The translations under genes and the position numbers were made by a program. This document shows, in pieces, positions 1-8,951 of a DNA stretch of 64,000 nucleotides (the first letter of the stretch is position 1; each line of letters begins with the position of its first letter). Below the pieces are notes generated by a model. The model had not been told where the DNA came from. It was given only the letters and a program-made list of their open reading frames with translations, and did not search any database. Origin of the DNA: Chthonomonadales bacterium (lineage in GTDB: Bacteria > Armatimonadota > Chthonomonadetes > Chthonomonadales > CAJBBX01); assembly GCA_049967475.1 (NCBI GenBank), contig JBMFSQ010000010.1:55338-119337 (forward strand), given 5' to 3'.

Positions 1-1
1 A

Positions 2-394
2 TCCAACTATGCCGTCGTCGGGCTATACTTCTATGATGCGGAAGCCGTGGAGATCGCCCGCGGCCTGCGCCCGTCTGCCCGGGGTGAATTGGAGATCACC
101 GACCTCAACCTGGAGTACCTGCGGCGCGGCAAACTTAGAGCAGAGATCCTCGGCCGAGGCATCGCGTGGCTGGATACGGGCACTCATTCGTCTCTGTTAG
201 CGGCTGGGAACTTCATCGAGACCATCGAGAAGCGTCAAGGTCTCAAGATTGCATGCCTTGAAGAGATCGCCTACCTCCAGGGGTATATCACGGCGGATCA
301 GGTGCTGCAACAAGCCCACCGCCTCGGCGCCACTGAATACGCCGGATACCTCAAGCGGCTCGTAACAGAAGCAGAATGGACACTTCGACAATAG
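2..394 (+). CDS. rfbA: glucose-1-phosphate thymidylyltransferase, 5'-truncated by window edge
   Basis: Frame open from base 2 ([12 protein letters not shown]...); motifs [31 protein letters not shown]; next to rfbC/rfbB. Confidence 0.95.
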   Translation, partial: SNYAVVGLYFYDAEAVEIARGLRPSARGELEITDLNLEYLRRGKLRAEILGRGIAWLDTGTHSSLLAAGNFIETIEKRQGLKIACLEEIAYLQGYITADQVLQQAHRLGATEYAGYLKRLVTEAEWTLRQ

Positions 395-834
395 AGGGTG
401 TGATCGTTCGCCGCCTCCAGCGCCACACGGATGCTCGCGGCTGGCTTACAGAACTGTTCCGGGAAGACGAGCTTCCCAAGGACTTTCATCCTGCAATGGG
501 ATACATCTCGGTGACGCATCCCGGCATGGCCCGAGGTCCCCACGAGCATCGGGAGCAGGCCGACCTATTCTGCTTCCTTTCCGGCACCTATCGGCTCCAT
601 CTGTGGGAGAACCGGCCCGGGCGGCCCAAGAGATCGGAGGTCTTCACGATCGGCGAAGCCAACCCTACCTTCGTGCTCATACCCGCAGGGGTTGTGCACG
701 GATATCGAAATGTCGGCTCACAGGACGCCTTCGTGCTGAACTTTCCCAACCGCCTCTATGCCGGCTGGGACCGCAGGGAACCCGTAGACGAGATCCGCTA
801 CGAAGACAGCGAAAGCGAGTACATCCTGCCATGA
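376..834 (+). CDS. rfbC: dTDP-4-dehydrorhamnose 3,5-epimerase family (short cupin form)
   Basis: [27 protein letters not shown] motifs; lies between rfbA and rfbB. Confidence 0.85.
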   Translation: MDTSTIEGVIVRRLQRHTDARGWLTELFREDELPKDFHPAMGYISVTHPGMARGPHEHREQADLFCFLSGTYRLHLWENRPGRPKRSEVFTIGEANPTFVLIPAGVVHGYRNVGSQDAFVLNFPNRLYAGWDRREPVDEIRYEDSESEYILP

Positions 835-1862
835 GCACGGTTCTCGTCACCGGTGGTGCAGGGTTCATTGGGTCCCACTTCGTGCAGCATTGGCTCGAGC
901 GCCATCCTGGAGATCGCGTCGTAGTGCTCGATGCCCTTACCTACGCCGGCAACCTCGCGAACCTTGCGCATGCCCAGCTTTCTCCACAGTTCCGGTTCTA
1001 TCCCGGGCTCATCCAGGATCCTGTCGCGGTGCGGGGCATCTTTCAAGCCGAGAAGCCCCAATTCATAGTGAACTTCGCCGCCATGACCCACAATGATCGA
1101 TCCTTGCTGGACCCTGCAGGGTTCATCCAAACCAATACGGCAGGGGTCAATATCCTCCTGGAAACCACGAGAGAGTTCGGAGTGGAACGGTTTCTTCACG
1201 TGTCCACCGATGAGGTTTATGGAGAAGCTCTCACAGGCAGCTTCAAAGAGACGGACCCCTTACGGCCCCGAACGCCTTATGCAGCCTCCAAAGCCGGCGG
1301 CGACCTTCTGGCGCTTGCGCATCACGTTGCCTACGGAACTCCCGTGCTCATCACGCGAGGATCCAACACCTACGGTCCCCGCCAATACCCGGAAAAGCTC
1401 CTTCCGTTTTTCATAACCAGGGCGATCCGGAACAAGAAACTCCCCCTCTATGGAGCCGGCGATCAGGTTCGAGAATGGATCCATGTGGAGGACCATTGTC
1501 GAGGCATCGCGTGGGTGCTGGAACACGGCACTTCAGGAGAAGTGTATAATCTGGGAGGAGGCAACGAATGCACGAACCTCCAGATTACAGAACGCATCCT
1601 CTCGGTTCTGAACAAGCCGAGAGATCTCATTTTCCCTATTCCCGATCCTCGAGGAGATGCTCACGATCGCCGTTACTCGCTGGATACTTCCAAGCTCAGT
1701 GCCTTAGGATGGCGTCCTGAAGTAGATTTTAACCGGGGTTTGGAAGACACAATCCGCTGGTATGCGGAGCACGAAGACTGGTGGCGTCCGATCCTCTCTA
1801 CACCGGAGTATGTACAGTTTGTAACCCGGTTCTACGGCCCGTTTCTTGGAGAGGACCTATAG
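831..1862 (+). CDS. rfbB: dTDP-glucose 4,6-dehydratase
   Basis: VLVTGGAGFIGS, DALTYAGN, HVSTDEVYG, PYAASK, YGPRQYPEK; ATG at 831 overlaps rfbC stop (ATGA). Confidence 0.95.
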   Translation: MSTVLVTGGAGFIGSHFVQHWLERHPGDRVVVLDALTYAGNLANLAHAQLSPQFRFYPGLIQDPVAVRGIFQAEKPQFIVNFAAMTHNDRSLLDPAGFIQTNTAGVNILLETTREFGVERFLHVSTDEVYGEALTGSFKETDPLRPRTPYAASKAGGDLLALAHHVAYGTPVLITRGSNTYGPRQYPEKLLPFFITRAIRNKKLPLYGAGDQVREWIHVEDHCRGIAWVLEHGTSGEVYNLGGGNECTNLQITERILSVLNKPRDLIFPIPDPRGDAHDRRYSLDTSKLSALGWRPEVDFNRGLEDTIRWYAEHEDWWRPILSTPEYVQFVTRFYGPFLGEDL

Positions 1863-1909
1863 CATTGGACCAATCCAACCGAGATATCGAGCAGAAGGTC
1901 CAGGGGAAG

Positions 1910-2407
1910 ATGGGAAGGATCGTGTCCCGGGACGCTCTCGCCGCTGAGTTGGCGGTGAGGCGGTCCAAGGGCGAGCGCATCGTGTTTACAAACGGGTGCT
2001 TCGACATCCTCCACCTGGGTCACGCGCGGTACCTCATGGAGGCACGGGCGCTTGGGGACATTCTCGTAGTGGGGCTCAACAGCGACGCCTCTGTCCGCAT
2101 GCTCAAGGGACCTCGTCGCCCCATCGTACCGCAATCGGAACGCGCGGAGATGCTTTGCCACCTGCGCTGGGTGGATTACGTATGCATCTTCGAGGAGATG
2201 CGGCCCAACGCACTCATCGAGGCGGTACGGCCCCACATCCACGTAAAGGGCGGCGATTATCGGCCCGAGGATCTTCCCGAAGCCGAAGTGGTTCAAAGGT
2301 ACGGAGGCCGCGTGGTAATCGTCCCCCTCGTCGAAGGACGATCTACCACCAACATCATCAGTCGGATTGTGGAGGCTCACCCATCGGCGCCCCCTTCCAC
2401 CCTCTGA
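1910..2407 (+). CDS. rfaE2: D-glycero-beta-D-manno-heptose 1-phosphate adenylyltransferase (HldC / RfaE domain II)
   Basis: VFTNGCFDILHLGH, GLNSDASV..LKG..RP, VKGGDY, GRSTTNII. Confidence 0.93.
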   Translation: MGRIVSRDALAAELAVRRSKGERIVFTNGCFDILHLGHARYLMEARALGDILVVGLNSDASVRMLKGPRRPIVPQSERAEMLCHLRWVDYVCIFEEMRPNALIEAVRPHIHVKGGDYRPEDLPEAEVVQRYGGRVVIVPLVEGRSTTNIISRIVEAHPSAPPSTL

Positions 2408-2525
2408 CCCTTCAGCGGGGCAACCCGTGACCCCCGCATCACGGGCGCTTTCGTCCCCTGGGCCGGCTGAAGCTTACGGGCGGGTACACTGAACCCGGCG
2501 ATCTAACGAACGCGTGCAGGAAGGT

Positions 2526-3482
2526 ATGTCCAGGTATCCAGAGTTTGACAACACCCAAATCCATTCGGAGCCATTCTCCCAGCGCGTCAGCAAAGTAAGC
2601 GTGGAAGATTTCGCTGGCCCTCCCACGGAGGGAAGAAGCTTTCGTGACTGGCTCGCGTCGTTGCCCCGGATCCTGGCAGGACCCCGCATCGCCGAGATTG
2701 CTCGCGCCGTTGTGGAGGCTCGCCGGCGCAACCGGGCTGTCGTGGCAGCGTTGGGCGGCCACGTCGTCAAGACCGGAGTGTCCCCCGTCCTGATTACGCT
2801 TATGGAGCGCGGCTTCGTTACTGCGGCGGCAGTAAACGGAGCGGTAGCCGTGCATGATCTGGAGATCGCCTTGTTCGGAAAGACCTCCGAGGACGTGGCT
2901 GCCGGATTGCGCTCGGGCACCTTTGGAATGGCCAAGGAGACGGCTGCCTTCTACAACGAGGGGGTTAAGCGCGCCGCCCGGGAACGCCTCGGCCTCGGAG
3001 AAACCCTCGGGTTGGCCCTCACAGAGGCGGCGGCCCCCTATATCCATGCAAGCCTATTGGCCGCAGCGTATAGGCATAAGGTTCCGCTCACAGTGCATGT
3101 GGCCATCGGAACGGACATCATCCATATGCATCCCGGAGCGGACGGGGCCGCCTTCGGAGAGGCATCCCTTCGGGACTTTCGCATCCTCACCGCCCACATG
3201 GAACACCTGGCCCGAGGGGGCGTTCTTATGAACCTCGGCTCCGCAGTCGTCCTTCCGGAAGTGCTGCTCAAGGCCATTGCTCTTCTCAGAAACTGCCATG
3301 GGGATGCCTTCACGGACTTCCTGGGGGTCAACTTCGACTTTATTCAACAGTACCGCTCCAACCAGCAGGTTGTGATGCGAGTGGAGGCCATCGGCGGGCG
3401 GGGCATCGCCATCACCGGGCATCACGAGATCCTTATCCCGTTGCTCGGGCAGGCCGTTCTGGAAGCCGCTGCCGAAGCATAA
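2526..3482 (+). CDS. conserved hypothetical protein with deoxyhypusine-synthase-like (NAD/FAD-binding) fold
   Basis: GGHVVKTG, NGAVAVHDLE, HVAIGTDIIH, NLGSAVVLPEV, GHHEILIPLL resemble the DHS-fold pattern; sits between hldC and hldA. Confidence 0.7.
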   Translation: MSRYPEFDNTQIHSEPFSQRVSKVSVEDFAGPPTEGRSFRDWLASLPRILAGPRIAEIARAVVEARRRNRAVVAALGGHVVKTGVSPVLITLMERGFVTAAAVNGAVAVHDLEIALFGKTSEDVAAGLRSGTFGMAKETAAFYNEGVKRAARERLGLGETLGLALTEAAAPYIHASLLAAAYRHKVPLTVHVAIGTDIIHMHPGADGAAFGEASLRDFRILTAHMEHLARGGVLMNLGSAVVLPEVLLKAIALLRNCHGDAFTDFLGVNFDFIQQYRSNQQVVMRVEAIGGRGIAITGHHEILIPLLGQAVLEAAAEA

Positions 3483-3510
3483 TGGGCGCCTCCACATCGC
3501 CGGAGCCTCG

Positions 3511-4512
3511 ATGAACGCGGACCGCTATATTGAAATTGTGCGCCAATTCCGCGGCGCCCACGTAACAGTATTGGGCGACCTCATGATGGACGAGTACCTG
3601 TGGGGCCGGGCAACCCGCATCTCGCCTGAGAGCCCCGTCATGGTTGTAGAGGTGGACCGGGAGACGCGCGTGCCAGGTGGGGCCGCCAACGTCGTAAACA
3701 ACCTATTATCCCTAGGTGCCCATGTGCGCGTAATCGGAGTGGTGGGTAACGACGAAGCCGGCGATGCCCTTGTAGCAGCCCTCACCGAGAAGGGTGCGGA
3801 CACCTCCGGCATCATAACCGATCCCTCGCGCCCCACTACCCGCAAGACGCGCGTTGTGGCCCACAACCAACAGGTTTTGCGCGTAGACCGTGAGCGTGCC
3901 CAGCCGATTTCAGAAGGTACCGCCGAAGCCATCCACGCCCGGTTGAACGAGTGTGCTGCTTCACCAGCCATCCTTATTTCCGATTATAACAAAGGGGTTC
4001 TCACAGCGAGTGTCGCGCGCGCAGTACGGCACTTGGCGCTTCGCCGGAGCATTCTCACTACGGCAAACCCAAAGCCTGCCAATGTCCATCTGCTGGAAGG
4101 ATTGGATTTGGTTTCCCTCAACCGAAGCGAGGCCGAGGCGCTGAAAGGCCCCGGATCCTTCGCACGCACAGAGGCGCTTTGGAGTTCCGGCGAAGATCTC
4201 CGCTGCCGGCTCGGTATCCGCACTCTGGTCGTGACGCTGGGCCCGGATGGGCTTGCCCTCTTCCATACATCCGGCGCCGAACATGTGCCGGCCCATCCCG
4301 TAGAGGTATTCGATGTAGCTGGAGCTGGGGACACCGTCATCAGCACCCTCACCCTCGCACTCGTTTGCGGCGCGACGCTAAGAGAAGCAGCCGTCCTCGC
4401 CAATCATGCGGCTTCATGCGTCGTGCGCAAGGTCGGCGTCGCGACCGTCACTCCCGGCGAGTTGATCGCAGACTGGACGGGCGACCCGGATCCCGGACCC
4501 AAGGAGGCATAG
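3511..4512 (+). CDS. rfaE1: D-glycero-beta-D-manno-heptose-7-phosphate kinase (HldA / RfaE domain I)
   Basis: GDLMMDEYLWG..TRISPE, PGGAANV, SDYNKGVL, PfkB motif DVAGAGDT. Confidence 0.93.
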   Translation: MNADRYIEIVRQFRGAHVTVLGDLMMDEYLWGRATRISPESPVMVVEVDRETRVPGGAANVVNNLLSLGAHVRVIGVVGNDEAGDALVAALTEKGADTSGIITDPSRPTTRKTRVVAHNQQVLRVDRERAQPISEGTAEAIHARLNECAASPAILISDYNKGVLTASVARAVRHLALRRSILTTANPKPANVHLLEGLDLVSLNRSEAEALKGPGSFARTEALWSSGEDLRCRLGIRTLVVTLGPDGLALFHTSGAEHVPAHPVEVFDVAGAGDTVISTLTLALVCGATLREAAVLANHAASCVVRKVGVATVTPGELIADWTGDPDPGPKEA

Positions 4513-4515
4513 GGC

Positions 4516-5466
4516 GTGAAGCTCCCAGTCACCCAGACGGCTCCAGATACCGGCCGCCCGCTTTCGCGGCCCGGCGGCGGTATATCTTGGGCTCTCGTGG
4601 AAGGACTGCGCCCGAAGCAATGGACCAAGAACGCCTTTGTGTTCGCGGCCCTCGTCTTCACCAACAACATCCCCCTTTCGTTCCAAGATCGCCACCGCTG
4701 GCACATGCTTGGCCTTACCATGGGGGCATTCGTTCTGTTTTGCATGGTGTCGGGTGCCGTATACCTTTTGAACGATGTAGCAGATCGCGACCAAGACCGC
4801 GTCCATCCGCAGAAGCGCCACCGACCCGTGGCATCCGGAAGGCTCCCCGTGGGCGTAGCCGTATTCTGGGCCGTCCTGCTGGGAGCAGGTGGAATTGCGA
4901 TCGCCTTTCGCTTGAACCTTCCCTTTGGGCTGATCACGTTGGGGTACTTTGCGCTGCAGCTTGCTTACACGTTCGTGTTGAAACACGAGGTTCTCATTGA
5001 TGTGTTTGCAATTGCTGCCGGCTTCGTTCTCCGGGCTGCGGCGGGAGCATTAGCAATCAGCGTGCCGATTTCCGTTTGGCTCCTTATCTGCACTCTGCAG
5101 CTTGCACTCTTCCTGGGTTTCGGCAAGCGCCGCCATGAACTCATTGCGCTTGCGCACGAAGCGCGCAACCACCGCCGCAACCTCCAGCATTACACGGTCA
5201 ATCTGCTGGACCAGATGATGGCCATCGTGTTGGCGGCCCTGGTGGTCTGCTACGCGATCTACACCATCATGTCGCCCACAGCATCGCAGCATCCACTCCT
5301 CGTAATTACCTTGGTGAATGTGTTGTATGGTGTTTTCCGGTATCTTTACCTGGTTCAGGTGGAACACAAGGGCGGTTCCCCCGAGGCGATCCTCATGGAG
5401 GATCGCCCTATGCAGATTAATCTGCTCGCCTGGATTGCGGAAGTTCTCGTTTCATTCAAGGTATAG
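4516..5466 (+). CDS. UbiA-family prenyltransferase, decaprenyl-phosphate phosphoribosyltransferase-like
   Basis: RPKQWTKN, YLLNDVADRDQDRVHPQKRHRPVASG, GFVLRAAAG, FGKRRHEL; multiple TM helices. Confidence 0.88.
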   Translation: MKLPVTQTAPDTGRPLSRPGGGISWALVEGLRPKQWTKNAFVFAALVFTNNIPLSFQDRHRWHMLGLTMGAFVLFCMVSGAVYLLNDVADRDQDRVHPQKRHRPVASGRLPVGVAVFWAVLLGAGGIAIAFRLNLPFGLITLGYFALQLAYTFVLKHEVLIDVFAIAAGFVLRAAAGALAISVPISVWLLICTLQLALFLGFGKRRHELIALAHEARNHRRNLQHYTVNLLDQMMAIVLAALVVCYAIYTIMSPTASQHPLLVITLVNVLYGVFRYLYLVQVEHKGGSPEAILMEDRPMQINLLAWIAEVLVSFKV

Positions 5467-5483
5467 ATGCGGATCCAAGCGCC

Positions 5484-6374
5484 ATGAGAGTATTGGTAAC
5501 AGGATCAGGAGGAATGCTCGGAAGGGAAGTGTGCACCGCACTGCTTCGGCGCGGGTACGAGGTTGTGCCGGCCGGGCTGCGGCGCGGGGAAGTTTTGCAA
5601 GATCTTGCCGAAATCGAGGGCACGGTGCGTATGGTGCAGGCAGCACAACCCGACGTAGTAATCCATTGCGCTGCCTACACCGACGTAGATGGGGCCGAGG
5701 AGGATCCCGCCACCGCATTCCGCGTGAACGCAACAGGCACGTGGAACCTTGCCATCGCCTGCTGCCGAAAAGATGTGCCGCTCTGCGCAATCAGCACCGA
5801 TTTCGTCTTCGACGGCCTCAAGCCGGACCCCTATACGGAATGGGACGAACCGCGCCCCATCAACGTATACGGCGCGTCTAAGCTCGCAGCCGAGCGCGCC
5901 ATTCGAGAGGTATGGCCCAAACACTGGATCGTGCGCACAGCCTGGCTCTACGGCGTACACGGCCGATGCTTCCCAGAAGCCGTCCTTGCCGCCGCGGAAC
6001 GCGAGCATACCCTGAACGTGGTGGCCGACCAAACCGGTTCTCCTACGTACGCCGGCGACCTGGCCGCCGCTCTGGCAGCATTGATCTCCACACCTTACTT
6101 TGGCACGTACCACATTGCGAACTCCGGACGGGCAACGCGCTACGAATTTGCCAAGGCCATTCTTCAAATGGCGCATGGAGCATCCGCGGCAGTACATCCC
6201 ATCGTGTCTTCCGACCGCCCGAGCCCTGCGCGGCGGCCGCGAAACTCGGCTTTGGCCTCGGCGCGGGAGGAAGTGCCGGGATACGGCCCCATGCGCCCAT
6301 GGCCCCAAGCCCTTGCCGAGTACATCCGCGAGCGTGCACACTCCAAGAACGGAGAGGATCCCCGTTGTTGCTGA
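5484..6374 (+). CDS. rfbD: dTDP-4-dehydrorhamnose reductase
   Basis: VTGSGGMLG, HCAAYTDVDGAE, ISTDFVFDG, YGASK, VRTAWLY, DQTGSPT. Confidence 0.95.
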   Translation: MRVLVTGSGGMLGREVCTALLRRGYEVVPAGLRRGEVLQDLAEIEGTVRMVQAAQPDVVIHCAAYTDVDGAEEDPATAFRVNATGTWNLAIACCRKDVPLCAISTDFVFDGLKPDPYTEWDEPRPINVYGASKLAAERAIREVWPKHWIVRTAWLYGVHGRCFPEAVLAAAEREHTLNVVADQTGSPTYAGDLAAALAALISTPYFGTYHIANSGRATRYEFAKAILQMAHGASAAVHPIVSSDRPSPARRPRNSALASAREEVPGYGPMRPWPQALAEYIRERAHSKNGEDPRCC

Positions 6375-8074
6375 GTCTTCCTATAGCCCGCCACCGAATA
6401 GTCTGGCTCTCTCACGCCATTCTTCCTGTTGCACTTACCTCCACAATGACGCTCTTGCCCTACACCGCCCGTTGCCAGCCAAATGTGCCCCCTGTTGGCC
6501 GAACCATCACGACCGACCTCGGGCTGGAAGGACGCGTTCTTTGGGTAGACGGCGCCGCTAATCTCGACCGAACCACGAACCTCGCCGGCGTGCAGGACAT
6601 CGTACGCCGCTGTAAGCAGGCCAACATTTCTACCATTGTCGTAGACGTGAAGCCGGTAGTAGGCCAGGTGCTCTACAACAGCAAGATCGCCCCGCGCCTG
6701 CGGGTGTGGCAGGGCCGGCCCGTGCCTGATTTCGACGTGCTGCAAGCCTTCGTGGATGAAGGCCATCGTGCTGGAATTGAGGTCGCCGCAGCGCTCAACG
6801 TCTTTTCGGAAGGGCACAAGTACGTCCGGCAAGGATTTGCCTACACAAAGCCGCAGTGGCAGTCGGTGTCTTACTCGGCCACGCACGCGTTAGTTGCCTC
6901 TGACGGATCCCGCCTGCCTGTGCGGGCTCCTTCCGACCCTTTGGATCCTGCTGCGGCCGTTGTTTATGGGGAAGATCATCTCATTCTGCCGAGCGGCACT
7001 CCTGGGGAACGCCTCGCGGTACAGCTCGATAACCAAGGCCGCGTGGCGGGAGCGATGGACCCTTCTCTCCTCGACGATGAACCGCTCTCGGCTCCGGAGG
7101 ACGGACGCCTGGTTCTGTTCGAGGGCTCGAGCCTCGACTGGGCGAGCACGCATCTGCACGTAGGCGACACCGTTCGTTTCGACGTACAGTCCCGCCTCAT
7201 CCCTATCGCGGATGACGCCATGGAAAGGGTGGCCGTCTTCGTGAACCCGGTGCTTCCAGACGTATCCGCCTACGAGCTCTCCCTGTTGGAAGAGGTGGCC
7301 CGCAACTATCCCGTTGATGCCATCGTGCTGGACCGGATGCGCTACGCCAATCTCTATAATGACTTCAGCCCTGCCACCCAGGCGGCTTTCCAACAGTGGC
7401 TGGGTAAACCCGTAGCCCATTGGCCTCAGGACGTCTTCAGCTTCGATCCTGTGCCGGGCGAACCGATCCATCCGGGACCCCTGTTCAAACCCTTCCTTGA
7501 ATTTCGCGCCGCCACCATCCGCCGGTTCCTCAAGCTGGCAAGTGCGCGCCTCCGGGCCATCCGCCCGAAGCTGCAGATTGCAGCTTATGTGGGCTCGTGG
7601 TACGCGGATTACTACCCTGTGGGCGTCAATTGGGGAAGCGAAAAGTATCCCGTTCCCTACACGTGGGCCTCGGACGGGTACAGCGGCACAGGATACGCCG
7701 AATTTCTGGACTGGCTCAGCACCGGTTGCTATTACCCTATCCCCACGCGGGAAGACGCCCGCAGCTTGGGCAAGGACGAGGGAGCCACGGTGGAAGCAGC
7801 CGCGGACCTTTCGGTTCAAGCCGTACAGAGTGCAACACCCGTCTACGCGGGCATTTATGCTTTGGACTACGCGTCGCGGCCCGATGATTTTGCCAAAGCC
7901 ATCCAGGCCGCGCGCCAGCACGCGCAGGGCGTGATGATCTTTGATGTATCCTATTTGTATGATTACGGGTGGTGGCCGATCCTGGACAAGGCATTCGCCG
8001 AACCTGCCTTGGCACCGCACCAGGTGCAGAATCTCACGGCCGAGATCCGCTGCGTTGTGGATCAGCTTCGGTAA
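6368..8074 (+). CDS. secreted family-10-like glycosyl hydrolase (GHL10/DUF187-type) with inserted domain
   Basis: Hydrophobic N-terminus; GRVLWVD, IVVDVKP, FVNP.LP.V, NYPVDAIVLDRMRY, GVMIFD; start (TTG 6365/6368 after GGAGAGG) approximate. Confidence 0.7.
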   Translation: MLSLPIARHRIVWLSHAILPVALTSTMTLLPYTARCQPNVPPVGRTITTDLGLEGRVLWVDGAANLDRTTNLAGVQDIVRRCKQANISTIVVDVKPVVGQVLYNSKIAPRLRVWQGRPVPDFDVLQAFVDEGHRAGIEVAAALNVFSEGHKYVRQGFAYTKPQWQSVSYSATHALVASDGSRLPVRAPSDPLDPAAAVVYGEDHLILPSGTPGERLAVQLDNQGRVAGAMDPSLLDDEPLSAPEDGRLVLFEGSSLDWASTHLHVGDTVRFDVQSRLIPIADDAMERVAVFVNPVLPDVSAYELSLLEEVARNYPVDAIVLDRMRYANLYNDFSPATQAAFQQWLGKPVAHWPQDVFSFDPVPGEPIHPGPLFKPFLEFRAATIRRFLKLASARLRAIRPKLQIAAYVGSWYADYYPVGVNWGSEKYPVPYTWASDGYSGTGYAEFLDWLSTGCYYPIPTREDARSLGKDEGATVEAAADLSVQAVQSATPVYAGIYALDYASRPDDFAKAIQAARQHAQGVMIFDVSYLYDYGWWPILDKAFAEPALAPHQVQNLTAEIRCVVDQLR

Positions 8075-8909
8075 GTTTGGGCTTTTTGCGTCAGCGGGGA
8101 TTAGTGCGCTCGCATTTCCGTGCGCGCCATCATACGCCGCTCTGCAGGAGAGCAGCGAGGTTTATCGCATCAGGATCGTCAACACGGCATTGGGCCCCGT
8201 GCAAATCAGCACCGACAGGGGAAAATCGTGGCTGCTGATCGGCCGCGTATCCATCCCGGCCACGGATACGGCCCCCGGTGGGGCCTCTGCCGGAGGCACT
8301 GTGCTCCGCACGAACCCCTATGGCACGGCCATCAATGTGGGGGGCGGGCGCATCCTCCGGATCCTCCCAAACGTCCACACCAAGAGAAGATCCCACGCCG
8401 ATATCCACCTGAATGTGCCCCCAACCGCTGCCCTCGTCAAGGATTTCCTGCCGCCGCCGGGCTCCACGGTCCTCTGGTCGGGGCGCATAGGTGAAACTCC
8501 CAAGCCGATGCCGCCGGGATACATGCCTCGGGATGGGGATGTGCTCACGCTTATTGCGTACACAACCTCAATGCCACGCAGCCATATCGGTGCCTACGCC
8601 GCCGATGCTGCCAAGTACTACCGGGATCAGGCCCTGGCTCGGTTGAGGGCGGCCGGCAGACACCCCGTCGCTGGAACGCTCACCGTTACGGCGCGCCTAG
8701 CTGCAGGGGAACATCCATTTTCTGTAACCTTCCTGGTGGATGGAGAAACCCGAGGCATCATGAACAAGGCTCCTTTCACCATGAGTTGGGACACGCGCGC
8801 GTGGGAAGACGGCGAACACTTGTTGGAAGTAGATGGGCTGGACGAACACGGCCGCGTCACTACGCGGAGCAAGACACTCATCGTGGTACAAAACACGGCA
8901 TCCGAATGA
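8055..8909 (+). CDS. exported hypothetical protein with C-terminal bacterial Ig-like domain
   Basis: Signal-like N-terminus from TTG 8055; C-terminal VTFLVDG...APFTMSWDTRAWEDGEHLLEV is a typical Big-domain pattern. Confidence 0.6.
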   Translation: MWISFGKFGLFASAGISALAFPCAPSYAALQESSEVYRIRIVNTALGPVQISTDRGKSWLLIGRVSIPATDTAPGGASAGGTVLRTNPYGTAINVGGGRILRILPNVHTKRRSHADIHLNVPPTAALVKDFLPPPGSTVLWSGRIGETPKPMPPGYMPRDGDVLTLIAYTTSMPRSHIGAYAADAAKYYRDQALARLRAAGRHPVAGTLTVTARLAAGEHPFSVTFLVDGETRGIMNKAPFTMSWDTRAWEDGEHLLEVDGLDEHGRVTTRSKTLIVVQNTASE

Positions 8910-8951
8910 AGGGACGTCGTGTCGAGTTCGAATGCAAGGAGGCGTGGCTCC

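Noticed and set aside
5912..6367. N-terminal extensions in the ORF track (also rfbB, miaA, namZ, ligase, GH, sufA)
   Set aside because: They overlap upstream genes; downstream starts have an SD or coupling and match family N-termini
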